A DNA stretch of 64,000 nt, taken from NCBI GenBank assembly GCA_902567045.1, contig CACFLJ010000007.1, forward strand, positions 512-64,511, in the 5' to 3' direction. The DNA comes from an uncultured Pelagibacteraceae bacterium. GTDB lineage: Bacteria > Pseudomonadota > Alphaproteobacteria > Pelagibacterales > Pelagibacteraceae. The notes beneath the pieces were generated by a model. The model was not told the DNA's origin and ran no database searches. It worked only from the letters and a program-made list of their open reading frames with translations. Below are positions 10,314 to 19,819 of this stretch, piece by piece. Made by a program: the position numbers and the translations under genes. Each line of letters begins with the position of its first letter. Position 1 is the stretch's first letter.

Positions 10314-11743
10314 TTCCAACCACCTATAGATTTTACTTCTAAAAATTCTAATAATCCTTCTTTCCCACCTTCTCTTCCTATTCCGGAGTGTTTAAATCCT
10401 CCAAATGGAGCGTCTACAGCAAGTGAAGCCGTGTTTGCAACTATCATCCCAGATCTAAGTTTTCTTGCAACTCTTTTAACTTTTTCTTGATCTTCAGTTT
10501 GAATATAGTTTGTCAAACCATAAGGAGTATCATTTGCGATTTCTATTGCCTCTTCTTCTGTTTCAAATGGAATTACTGATAATACTGGACCGAAAATCTC
10601 AGTTCTGGCAATTTCCATATTATTATTTACATCGGCAAAAACAGTTGGCTTTACATAATAACCATCTTCAAAACCATCAGGTTTTCCAGGTCCTCCTGCT
10701 ATTAAATTAGCACCTTCGTCTATACCCTTTTTAATTAAACCTTGAATTTTATTATATTGTGTTTCTGATATTACTGGACCAATGTGATCTCCTTCTTTTT
10801 GGGGAATATCAACTTTATATTCATTAGCAAATTTTTTTAATCTATTAACTGCATCGTCATAAATTGATTTTTCTACCAGCATTCTTGTAGGTGCATTACA
10901 TGATTGACCTGAATTTCTAAAACATCTTGCAGCTCCTCTTTCAATTGCCTCAGAATCTGCATCTTTAAAAATAATATTTGCTCCTTTTCCACCTAATTCA
11001 AGACTTACCCTCTTAAAGTCTTTTGCAGCATTTTGTGAAATTAGGGCTCCTGCTCTTGTTGAGCCTGTGAAAGATATCATATTCACATCTTTGTGACTGG
11101 TCAGTGCATTACCGGTAGTTTCTCCATCTCCATTAACTAAATTAAACACACCTTTTGGAAAACCTGCCTCATCAATAAGTTCTGCAAGTATTATTGATGA
11201 TAAAGGTGCTAGCTCAGAAGGTTTTAAAATCATAGTACACCCTGCTGCTAAAGCTGGGATTACTTTTAAACAAACTTGATTCATTGGCCAATTCCAAGGT
11301 GTTATTAATACACAAACTCCTTTGGGTTCATAAATAATTCTCTGATCTTGTGCATGATCTCCTAAAGGTTTTTCAAAATCAAAAGCTTTAAGATATTTTA
11401 TAAATGATTTTGTATGGCTGGCTCCTGTACCAGTTTGTAGTTTGGATGCAAAATCTTTTGGAGCACCCATTTCCATCATTATTGCTTCTGTAGTGTCATT
11501 CCATCTTTTTTTATATAGCTCATAAAACTTTTCTAATAATTTAATTCTCTCCTCTTTTTTTGTGAAACCCCAAGTTTGAAAAGCAGTTTTTGCAGCTGAT
11601 ACTGCATCATCAACATCTTCTTTTCCACCCAGTGAAATAACTGCACAACTTTTTTCTGTAGCAGGATTTATTACTTGAATGTCTTTAGAATTTTTTGGCT
11701 CTACCCATTTACCATTTATATAAAAATTTCTTTTTTCTAACAT
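10310..11743 (-). CDS. Aldehyde dehydrogenase (paralog 1)
   Basis: ITPWNWP, FTGST, LELGGKG, catalytic Cys in GQSCNAP, EIFGPV. Confidence 0.95.
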   Translation of the reverse strand: MLEKRNFYINGKWVEPKNSKDIQVINPATEKSCAVISLGGKEDVDDAVSAAKTAFQTWGFTKKEERIKLLEKFYELYKKRWNDTTEAIMMEMGAPKDFASKLQTGTGASHTKSFIKYLKAFDFEKPLGDHAQDQRIIYEPKGVCVLITPWNWPMNQVCLKVIPALAAGCTMILKPSELAPLSSIILAELIDEAGFPKGVFNLVNGDGETTGNALTSHKDVNMISFTGSTRAGALISQNAAKDFKRVSLELGGKGANIIFKDADSEAIERGAARCFRNSGQSCNAPTRMLVEKSIYDDAVNRLKKFANEYKVDIPQKEGDHIGPVISETQYNKIQGLIKKGIDEGANLIAGGPGKPDGFEDGYYVKPTVFADVNNNMEIARTEIFGPVLSVIPFETEEEAIEIANDTPYGLTNYIQTEDQEKVKRVARKLRSGMIVANTASLAVDAPFGGFKHSGIGREGGKEGLLEFLEVKSIGGWN

Positions 11744-11762
11744 ATATTAAGCTATCTATTCT

Positions 11763-12719
11763 TTAGACTTTTGCAAACAAATTTGTCAATTCATAAACAA
11801 TTGTTGCAGCTGCTAAAGAAGTTACTTCTGCATGATCATATGCTGGTGCTACCTCAACTACATCAGCTGAAACTAAGTTTAAGCCTGACAATCCTCTAAT
11901 AACATTTACAATTTCTCTAGTTGTCATACCTGCTATCTCTGGTGTGCCAGTTCCAGGAGCAAAAGCTGGATCTAAGACGTCTATGTCTATCGACAGATAT
12001 AAGGCATTGTCTCCTACTCTTTTTCTAATTCTCTCAACTATTTTGTCTATACCTTCTGTTTGAAATTCATCACAATGAATTATTTTAAAACCAAAACTTT
12101 CATCATTTTTGATATCTTCCCTGCTATAGAGTGGACCTCTAATTCCAACGTGCATTGATGCACCATCTAAAAATAAATTTTCCTCTCTAGCTCTCCTAAA
12201 TGGTGTGCCGTGTGTGTAAGGTGCTCCAAAATAAGTATCCCAAGTATCTAGGTGAGCATCGAAATGGACTAATGAAACTGGACCTTTATTTTTTTTATTA
12301 ATTGCTCTAAGCAATGGAACAGCTATTGTATGATCGCCGCCAAGACTAATAATCCCTCCTACTTTATTTAAAAGATCTGTAGCACCAACTTCTATTTGTT
12401 TTATAGCTTCATCAATATTAAATGGATTACACGCAATATCTCCTGCATCTGCAACTTGTTGTACTTTAAATGGTTCAACATCGTAACTTGGGTGATAATT
12501 TGTTCTCAAATGTCTTGAAGCTTGTCTTATACTTTGGGGTCCAAATCGTGCTCCAGGTCTGTAACTAGTTCCTGAATCAAAAGGAACTCCAACAATTGCA
12601 ACATCACAACTTTCAACGTCTCTTAATTCCGGTAATCTAGCGAAGGTTGATGGTCCCGCATATCTTGGAACTTTTGTTCCACTTACTGGTTGGATTGGTT
12701 TTTTGTTTTTATCTTTCAA
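11763..12719 (-). CDS. speB: Agmatinase / guanidino-acid ureohydrolase
   Basis: RPGARFGP, GGDHT, HFDAHLD, SIDIDVLDP Mn-binding motifs; TTG start overlapping upstream TGA. Confidence 0.85.
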   Translation of the reverse strand: MKDKNKKPIQPVSGTKVPRYAGPSTFARLPELRDVESCDVAIVGVPFDSGTSYRPGARFGPQSIRQASRHLRTNYHPSYDVEPFKVQQVADAGDIACNPFNIDEAIKQIEVGATDLLNKVGGIISLGGDHTIAVPLLRAINKKNKGPVSLVHFDAHLDTWDTYFGAPYTHGTPFRRAREENLFLDGASMHVGIRGPLYSREDIKNDESFGFKIIHCDEFQTEGIDKIVERIRKRVGDNALYLSIDIDVLDPAFAPGTGTPEIAGMTTREIVNVIRGLSGLNLVSADVVEVAPAYDHAEVTSLAAATIVYELTNLFAKV

Positions 12720-12937
12720 TTTTTAGAGCTATTTCTATGAATAAATTCAGCTGCTTTTTTAAAATCATTGATATTTTTTTGATACATAGAAACCTCTTTA
12801 TTCGAATTTGAAGAAACTAGAATTATTATTAAAGCAATTATAATAGCTGCAGCATAATAAAATGGCATTTTTTTCTTCCAAGATATTAGAATTTTTGTTG
12901 CATTGTCTGATTGTTTTTTTGTTGGTCTATTTGCCAT
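12716..12937 (-). CDS. Small single-TM hypothetical protein
   Basis: 73 aa with hydrophobic YYAAAIIIALIIILV; fills the gap between two same-strand genes and is coupled to the next start (TTGA overlap). Confidence 0.6.
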   Translation of the reverse strand: MANRPTKKQSDNATKILISWKKKMPFYYAAAIIIALIIILVSSNSNKEVSMYQKNINDFKKAAEFIHRNSSKN

Positions 12938-12941
12938 GATA

Positions 12942-15164
12942 TTAGTTTACCAGAGGTTTGCCAGTTTTCAATGTATGTTTAATTCTATCTTGGGTTTTTT
13001 CTGTCTCAATTAGCTTCATAAATGCATCTAACTCTAATTTGTATAGATCATCCTCTGATAAAGTTTTTTCTAAAGTAGTATCTCCACCACTTAAAACTTT
13101 TGCCAGTTCTTTTCCAACTTCCATGCCATGATCAAGAATAATTTTTTCATTGTATAATTTTTCTAACATTTTTACCATTTTGTCATAAACACTTTTTCCT
13201 GAAAGTTTAAATGTACATTCCTCTGGGGGAGAAAAATCTTTATTATTTTGAATTATCTCTTTAGAAACCTGTAATAAACTATTTCTACTCATTATTTTTT
13301 TATCCTCTGGTCTTAAATATTTTAAAGGCTCAGCTTCAATTGGTGATGTTGCAGTTTTAGCATATCCAATAATGTCAAATACTTTTAAAGGAGCATAATC
13401 AGGATCATTTTTAGCTTCTTCAGTTTGAGACCATCTCCAAAGCATTTCTTTACATCCTCCACCTGCTGGGATTAATCCAACCATAGTCTCAACTAAGCCA
13501 ACTACAATATTGGTATGGGATGCAACGAAGTTACTTTGACATAAAACCTCAAAACCACCACCCAATGCCAATCCTGATGGCGCAGATACAACTGGATATT
13601 TAGAATATTTTAAATGTTTGCAGGTCTCTTGAAAATATTTAACAAACTTTTCAATAGATTTAAAATCTCCTTTGTCGGCAAAATTCATTGTGTAAGACAA
13701 GTTTACACCTGCTGAAAATTGCATTGCCTCATTTATTATTATTAAAGGTTTGTCTGTTGCATTTTTTAAGCTATCCATTGAGTCATAATCTAAAGCATTA
13801 GCCTTAGTTGTGAATTCAACAATATTAAAATCATCAAATCTATAGGTTTCAGCAGAGTTATTTTTATCTAATTTATTTGCTCTAGGTTTTATTTTTCCTA
13901 AAGTTTCTAAATCAGTGTATTGCTGTCTTTCACCATAAAAGTTTTCGTCTTTACTTTGTGATAAGTTTTCAAGAAACTTGTTATTTTCAAATGTATCTAT
14001 TCTTTCAAAAAAATCCTTAACACCGATTTCTTTTAACATTTCAAAAGGTCCCTTAGACCAGTTAAACCCTAGTCTCATTGCTTCATCGATATCATTAAAT
14101 TTATCCGTAATACCTGGAACTAAAGATGATGCATATTTAATAATTTTTGAAATTACAGACCAAGCATATTCACCATATTTATCTTTTCTGTTTATAAGGC
14201 CAACAATATCCATTTTTTCTGATCCTAAATTGAACTTTTTAGATAGTGAATATTCGCCTGTTTCTAAGTTTATACCTTCTAGAATTTTTTTATTATCAGA
14301 CTTGTTCATTCTATAGAAACCACCTTTTCCTTTTCTTCCTGTGTATCCAGTTTCTATAAGTTTTTTAACTAATGGTATTTCTTTCGCTACAATTTGAAAA
14401 TCGTCAGTTTCAGGTAGTTCTTTAATAAAACTTTTCAAAACATCAGCCATCAAATCAATTCCAATTAAATCATAGAGACCAAAAACACCTGTTTTTGGTA
14501 TACCCATTGGTCTTCCAAATACGGCATCAGCTTCTTCAATTGTTAATTTCATTTTAAAAGCTTCAGTCATAGCCACCTGCATAGCATAGACACCAATTCT
14601 ATTTCCTAAAAATCCTGGAGTATCATTACAAATTAATGCTCCTTTTCCTAAATCTTTTTCACAAAAACTTTTTAGTGAGTTTATTTGATCTAAATCGTTA
14701 TTTTCATTTTTTACAATTTCTAACAAATCCATATATCTGACTGGATTAAAGAAGTGAGTTATACAAAAATCTTTTTTTTCTTCATCTGAAAGTTTTTCTG
14801 AAAGAACTTTAATTGGAATAGAAGATGTATTTGAAGAAACTATTGATCCTTTCTTTCTTTCTTTAAAAATTTTTTCATAAATATTATGTTTAATATCAAT
14901 TCTCTCAACGACAGCTTCAACAATCCAATCTGCTTCACCAACTTCATTAAAATTATCGTTTATATTTCCAACATTAATATTATTTATTTTTGACTTATCT
15001 ATTAATAAAGGAGGTCTAGACTTTAAAATTCTTTCCCTTGCTTTTTCAGAAATTTGAGTGGTTAAGTCTAACAATGTTACTGGAACATTTGCATTACATA
15101 ATTGAGCAGCTATTCCACTACCCATTGTGCCAGACCCTATAACTACTACTTTATTAATTTTCAT
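12942..15164 (-). CDS. 3-hydroxyacyl-CoA dehydrogenase / enoyl-CoA hydratase fusion (FadN-like domain order)
   Basis: GSGTMGSGIA, SSNTSS, HFFNPVRYM at N-terminus; ALGGGFE and VGLIPAGGG crotonase motifs at C-terminus. Confidence 0.9.
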   Translation of the reverse strand: MKINKVVVIGSGTMGSGIAAQLCNANVPVTLLDLTTQISEKARERILKSRPPLLIDKSKINNINVGNINDNFNEVGEADWIVEAVVERIDIKHNIYEKIFKERKKGSIVSSNTSSIPIKVLSEKLSDEEKKDFCITHFFNPVRYMDLLEIVKNENNDLDQINSLKSFCEKDLGKGALICNDTPGFLGNRIGVYAMQVAMTEAFKMKLTIEEADAVFGRPMGIPKTGVFGLYDLIGIDLMADVLKSFIKELPETDDFQIVAKEIPLVKKLIETGYTGRKGKGGFYRMNKSDNKKILEGINLETGEYSLSKKFNLGSEKMDIVGLINRKDKYGEYAWSVISKIIKYASSLVPGITDKFNDIDEAMRLGFNWSKGPFEMLKEIGVKDFFERIDTFENNKFLENLSQSKDENFYGERQQYTDLETLGKIKPRANKLDKNNSAETYRFDDFNIVEFTTKANALDYDSMDSLKNATDKPLIIINEAMQFSAGVNLSYTMNFADKGDFKSIEKFVKYFQETCKHLKYSKYPVVSAPSGLALGGGFEVLCQSNFVASHTNIVVGLVETMVGLIPAGGGCKEMLWRWSQTEEAKNDPDYAPLKVFDIIGYAKTATSPIEAEPLKYLRPEDKKIMSRNSLLQVSKEIIQNNKDFSPPEECTFKLSGKSVYDKMVKMLEKLYNEKIILDHGMEVGKELAKVLSGGDTTLEKTLSEDDLYKLELDAFMKLIETEKTQDRIKHTLKTGKPLVN

Positions 15165-15235
15165 AATGAGAACTAAATCTTATAATGAAAATCTTATTCA
15201 AGAGCAACTTAAAGCCATTAAATATTTTAATATTT

Positions 15236-15799
15236 TTATTTAATTATTTTTGTAATTGATGGAATTATTGCCACTGCTAGAGCAATTTTGAATAATTCAC
15301 TTGGTAAAAAAGGATATAGACCACCAGCTAAAGCCTTTTCATAACCGATAACTGAGCCCAAATAACCCACTCCAACAATAAAAATAATAGAAGTTGCTAT
15401 CAAAAGAGAAATTAAACTTTTAATATAAGAGTCGTTAAAATTTCTTTCTGCTAAATAACCAACAATACCAGCTGCGATCGTCATTCCATAAAGATAGCCA
15501 GCAGTAGGACCTGTTAAATAAAGTAATCCACCGCCTTTTGCAAAAACTGGAAGTCCAATAGCTCCTTCGAAGAGATACAATACAAGTGTAAAAAACGCTA
15601 ACTTTGAACCAAATGTCATTCCAATAATAAAAACTGCAAAAGTTTGCATTGTCATTGGAACTGGCCAAAATGGAACTTGAACTTTTGACGAAAAGGCAAG
15701 GATAAGTGTACCTATTAACATCAAAGAAATATTCTGAAAATAAATATTTATTCTAAAATCAGATAATAAATTTTTAATCAAAGTAGAATTATTTTTCAT
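15236..15799 (-). CDS. bioY: Biotin transporter BioY
   Basis: PVPMTMQTF, EGAIGLPVFA, GPTAGYL. Confidence 0.92.
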   Translation of the reverse strand: MKNNSTLIKNLLSDFRINIYFQNISLMLIGTLILAFSSKVQVPFWPVPMTMQTFAVFIIGMTFGSKLAFFTLVLYLFEGAIGLPVFAKGGGLLYLTGPTAGYLYGMTIAAGIVGYLAERNFNDSYIKSLISLLIATSIIFIVGVGYLGSVIGYEKALAGGLYPFLPSELFKIALAVAIIPSITKIIK

Positions 15800-15855
15800 C
15801 CTAAAAGGTATTTAAACATACTTGAATGCAAATTTAAAATAATAAATATAAAGCT

Positions 15856-17883
15856 TTAATTAACCTGGTCTTTTTGTAATTCTTTTAGTGGTATGTGGCA
15901 TCTGATAGAGTTTCCGCTATTAGTTATTTGCCAAGGTGGTACTTCATTTTTACAAATATCACCTAATATTCTTGAACATCTCCCCTGAAAACTACACCCC
16001 TTTTGAGGTGGCTTTTCCTCTACAATATCCTCAGCAACTAATTTTGGTTTGATATCTGGATCTGGTTCTAACACGGCTCCTAATAAAACCTCTGTATAAG
16101 GGTGTGATGGAAATTGATAAACATCTTTTGATGGTCCCACTTCACACAATCTTCCTTGATAAAGAACAGCAACTCTATCACTTATAGCTCTTACAACAGC
16201 TAAATCATGTGAAACAAATATATATGTAGTTCCAAAATCTTCTTTAAGTTGTTGTAATAAATTTAATACAGCTGCCTGAACTGACACATCCAACGCAGAT
16301 GTTACTTCATCACATAATATTATATCTGGTTTAGCTGCAAAAGCTCTTGCAACTGCAACTCTCTGTTTTTCACCTCCAGATAATTGTCTAGGATACCTAG
16401 ACATATAAAATTCTCCAAGTCTTACTTTTTGTAATAGATCTATAATATTTTTTTTTAATTCTTCACCCTTTAAACCAAAATATAATTTTAATGGTTGCGC
16501 TATTATTTCTTCAACAGTATGGTTTGGGTTTAAAGACTCATCTGGATTTTGAAAAATTAATTGAATAATTCTTAAATCATTAGGATTTCTCTCTTTGAGG
16601 TCAGAGGATAAATTTCTATTTTGATCAAATTTTATTATTCCACCTTTGGTTCTGAGTAACCCAGCAATAGATTTAAGAATTGTTGACTTTCCACTACCTG
16701 ACTCTCCAACAAGAGCTATAGTTTCACCCTTCTTAATATTAATATTAATATCTTTTACAGTTGGATTATCGTCAGAAATTCTATTTAACACTTGATCTAA
16801 AAGTTTTTGCTTAGCGTAACTTATTGAAACTTCTGAAAGGTTTAATATTTCTTTATCTTGTAAACTCGTCTTAATTTTATTAACAGTTTGATTAACCTGA
16901 CTGTCATTCATTAAACTCTTATAATTAAAACATCTAACACTTGTGTTTAATTCTTCTAAGTACTCAAGTTGAGGAGAGTTATTTTTACATTTTTCTTCTG
17001 AAAAATCGCACCTATCAAAGAAACTGCAGCCTCTATGCATTGTTCCAGGTTGAGGTTGACTACCAGGCATTGATTGTGGAAGCCCTGCTAGTGATAATTT
17101 TGGTATAGATTTAAGCAAACCATAGGTATATGGATGAATTGGTTTTTTAAGAATATCTCTAGAGGGTCCCTCTAAAACTATTTCACCAGAGTACATTACA
17201 ATAATACGGTCACTTACTTGAGCTATTGCTCCTAAGTCATGACTCACATAAACCATTGATGTTCCAGTGTCTTTGGCAATGAAATTAAGCAGTTCTAAAA
17301 CGTGAGCTTGTGTTGTTACGTCTAAGCCAGTGGTAGGTTCGTCCAATAGTAAAAGGTCAGGAGTCCCAGCCAATGCCATTGCAACAGCAACTCTTTGTTG
17401 TTGTCCTCCTGAAAGTTCATGAGGATATCGAAGAGCAATTGTTTCTGGTGAAGGAAGTCTCACTTTATTTAACAATTCAGAAATTTTTTGCTCTCTTTCC
17501 TCCTCCTTTAAATCAGAATGCAACTGTAATGCCTCATCAATTTGATAACCTATTTTTAAATTTGGTGTTAATGCCTGCCCAGCATTTTGTGGTATCATTG
17601 CGATTTTCCTACCTCTGATTTTTTCCAAATCTCTATTTTTCATTTTTAAAAGATTTGAGGAATTGAATTCACATTCTCCACCAATAGTATAGAGACCATG
17701 TTTAACATACCCCATCATAGCTAATGCAAGAGTACTTTTTCCAGATCCAGACTCTCCAACAATACCAACAGTTTCGCCTTTTTTAATATTTGTGCTAATG
17801 TTTCTTAATATTAAAATCTCTTCTCCTTTTTTACTTTTAAATCCAATAGATAAATTTTTTACTTTTTGAATTATTTCAGTCAT
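15856..17883 (-). CDS. Dpp/Opp-type ABC ATPase, fused two-NBD protein
   Basis: Two GESGSGKST Walker A, two LSGG signatures, two HPYT + Cys-rich oligopeptide-ABC C-terminal motifs. Confidence 0.93.
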   Translation of the reverse strand: MTEIIQKVKNLSIGFKSKKGEEILILRNISTNIKKGETVGIVGESGSGKSTLALAMMGYVKHGLYTIGGECEFNSSNLLKMKNRDLEKIRGRKIAMIPQNAGQALTPNLKIGYQIDEALQLHSDLKEEEREQKISELLNKVRLPSPETIALRYPHELSGGQQQRVAVAMALAGTPDLLLLDEPTTGLDVTTQAHVLELLNFIAKDTGTSMVYVSHDLGAIAQVSDRIIVMYSGEIVLEGPSRDILKKPIHPYTYGLLKSIPKLSLAGLPQSMPGSQPQPGTMHRGCSFFDRCDFSEEKCKNNSPQLEYLEELNTSVRCFNYKSLMNDSQVNQTVNKIKTSLQDKEILNLSEVSISYAKQKLLDQVLNRISDDNPTVKDININIKKGETIALVGESGSGKSTILKSIAGLLRTKGGIIKFDQNRNLSSDLKERNPNDLRIIQLIFQNPDESLNPNHTVEEIIAQPLKLYFGLKGEELKKNIIDLLQKVRLGEFYMSRYPRQLSGGEKQRVAVARAFAAKPDIILCDEVTSALDVSVQAAVLNLLQQLKEDFGTTYIFVSHDLAVVRAISDRVAVLYQGRLCEVGPSKDVYQFPSHPYTEVLLGAVLEPDPDIKPKLVAEDIVEEKPPQKGCSFQGRCSRILGDICKNEVPPWQITNSGNSIRCHIPLKELQKDQVN

Positions 17884-17884
17884 T

Positions 17885-18778
17885 TTAAACTGGAGCTTTT
17901 GTTGATCTATCTATACCTAATGCTTTAGCAAAGGCATCGGCTGTCAAATTAATACCAATTATTAAGCTGCTTAAACCAACAATTGGAGCTATCACTGACC
18001 AATAAGCAAAAGACATTAAACCTCTGGCATTTGATATCATCAATCCCCAATCTGGAGTTGGAGGACTAACACCAAAACCTAGGAATGACAAAGAGCTGAA
18101 GCCAAGTAACATCCATGACCATCTCATTGCACCTTCCACTAAAATTGCATCTCTTACATTTGGAATTATTTCATTCCATATTATTGAAAAATTACTGTGT
18201 CCTCTTGCTCTAGCTGATACAATAAAATCTTTAGCAATTACATCATGAGTTGCAGCTCTTGCAACTCTAACAATTCCTTTACCATAAAAGAAACCCAATG
18301 CAGGTATTAGTACTTCAGTCGATGTACCTAATAAAGATACAATCAACAACATTGCTAATATCCAAGGTATAGATAAAAATGCATCAACAATCCTCATCAC
18401 TATATCGTCAGTTTTACCACCAACTAGTCCACAAAAAATTCCTAATAGACCACCCCAAAGTAGTGCTATTAAAGATCCAAAGAAAGTAACTGTTAAAGCT
18501 GTTCTTCCGCCTAAAATTGTTCTAGTAAAAACATCCCTTCCAAGATCATCAGTTCCAAACCAATATTCAGCAGAAGGAGCTTGTAGCATCAAAGTTGGGT
18601 TTATTGCTTTAAAATCATATGGCGCAATATAAGGGCTAATAAATGCAAGTATTACATGGAAAATCAATATACTTAACCCAATAAACCCTGATGGTCTTGA
18701 GGCCATTGTAATGATTATCTCAGAGACTTTTGCGAAATTACTTTTCTTTTCTTCCTGATAAATATTATCTAATTTCAT
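17885..18778 (-). CDS. Dpp/Opp-type ABC permease (DppC-like)
   Basis: FGTDDLGRD, FIVSARARG EAA loop, PPTPDWGLMI. Confidence 0.92.
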   Translation of the reverse strand: MKLDNIYQEEKKSNFAKVSEIIITMASRPSGFIGLSILIFHVILAFISPYIAPYDFKAINPTLMLQAPSAEYWFGTDDLGRDVFTRTILGGRTALTVTFFGSLIALLWGGLLGIFCGLVGGKTDDIVMRIVDAFLSIPWILAMLLIVSLLGTSTEVLIPALGFFYGKGIVRVARAATHDVIAKDFIVSARARGHSNFSIIWNEIIPNVRDAILVEGAMRWSWMLLGFSSLSFLGFGVSPPTPDWGLMISNARGLMSFAYWSVIAPIVGLSSLIIGINLTADAFAKALGIDRSTKAPV

Positions 18779-18779
18779 A

Positions 18780-19736
18780 TTATTTTCTTATCTGTAACGT
18801 TTTTAATCTTGGATTAAGCATCAATGTCATTAGATCTGCCAATAAATTTATACTAACATATATAGATGCAAGAATTATTGCTAAAGCTTGAACTGTTGGT
18901 AAATCTCTATTTGAAATAGACTCTATAACCAACCTTCCAAGACCAGGATAATTAAAGACAACCTCAGTTACAACAACACCACCTAAAAGCCATGCAATTG
19001 TTAGAGCTACAACATTAATCGCTGGTAACAATGCATTTGGTAAAACATGTTTAAAAACCATTTTCCAATATGGAACACCTTTTAAAATTGCCATTTGAAC
19101 ATACTCACTTGCCATAACTTGTATGACGCTTGATCTTACCATCCGCGCCATATGAGCTGTCATAATCATTGCAATAGCTATTACTGGTAAAATAATGTTT
19201 GGTAATAGTTCAAAGAATGAAACATCAGTTGGGACTATCACGATACCAGGTAACCACTCTAACCATATTGCAATTATTAAAATCAATAATGTAGCACTGA
19301 TAAACTCTGGAATAGTCATTGCAAATATAGTTACTGTTGAAATTGCTACGTCTGGCAATTTATCTCTCCAAAGGGCAGTTACTATTCCAAGTATTAGAGC
19401 GATTGGTATACCAATGAAAATAGCAGCTGATGCTAAAACTAATGAATTTTTAATACGTGGCCCTAGAACCTCTTTAATCGGCATTTCTCCACTCAATGAA
19501 TAACCAAAGTCTCCTTGAATAGCATTTACTGCCCAGGATACATATCTCTCATATGCAGGAACATTCAAACCTAATCTTCTATAACAAGCCTCTAATTGCT
19601 CTCCAAATGCTTGTCTTTCAAGATACGTTGTACATGCATCACCGGGTAAAATTTCTGTTCCAACAAAAGTGATTAATGATACAATAAATAAAGTTATTAG
19701 ACCTAATAGAATTCTCTTTATAATTAAAAAAAGCAT
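18780..19736 (-). CDS. Dpp/Opp-type ABC permease (DppB-like)
   Basis: GDFGYS, EYVQMAILKG, KHVLPNA, VFNYPGLG, RDLP. Confidence 0.92.
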   Translation of the reverse strand: MLFLIIKRILLGLITLFIVSLITFVGTEILPGDACTTYLERQAFGEQLEACYRRLGLNVPAYERYVSWAVNAIQGDFGYSLSGEMPIKEVLGPRIKNSLVLASAAIFIGIPIALILGIVTALWRDKLPDVAISTVTIFAMTIPEFISATLLILIIAIWLEWLPGIVIVPTDVSFFELLPNIILPVIAIAMIMTAHMARMVRSSVIQVMASEYVQMAILKGVPYWKMVFKHVLPNALLPAINVVALTIAWLLGGVVVTEVVFNYPGLGRLVIESISNRDLPTVQALAIILASIYVSINLLADLMTLMLNPRLKTLQIRK

Positions 19737-19779
19737 AAGAATACTTAAATTTTAAATTATTTATTTAGAAATGAAAGAG

Positions 19780-19811
19780 GTTTTACAGGCCTACTTAAAG
19801 GCCTGTAAAAC
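19780..19811 (-). terminator. 13-bp stem-loop between SBP and permease genes (mRNA stabiliser or partial terminator)
   Basis: GTTTTACAGGCCT-ACTTAA-AGGCCTGTAAAAC perfect inverted repeat just 3' of the SBP stop; only a weak U-tract follows. Confidence 0.75.
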
Positions 19812-19819
19812 AAAAATTA

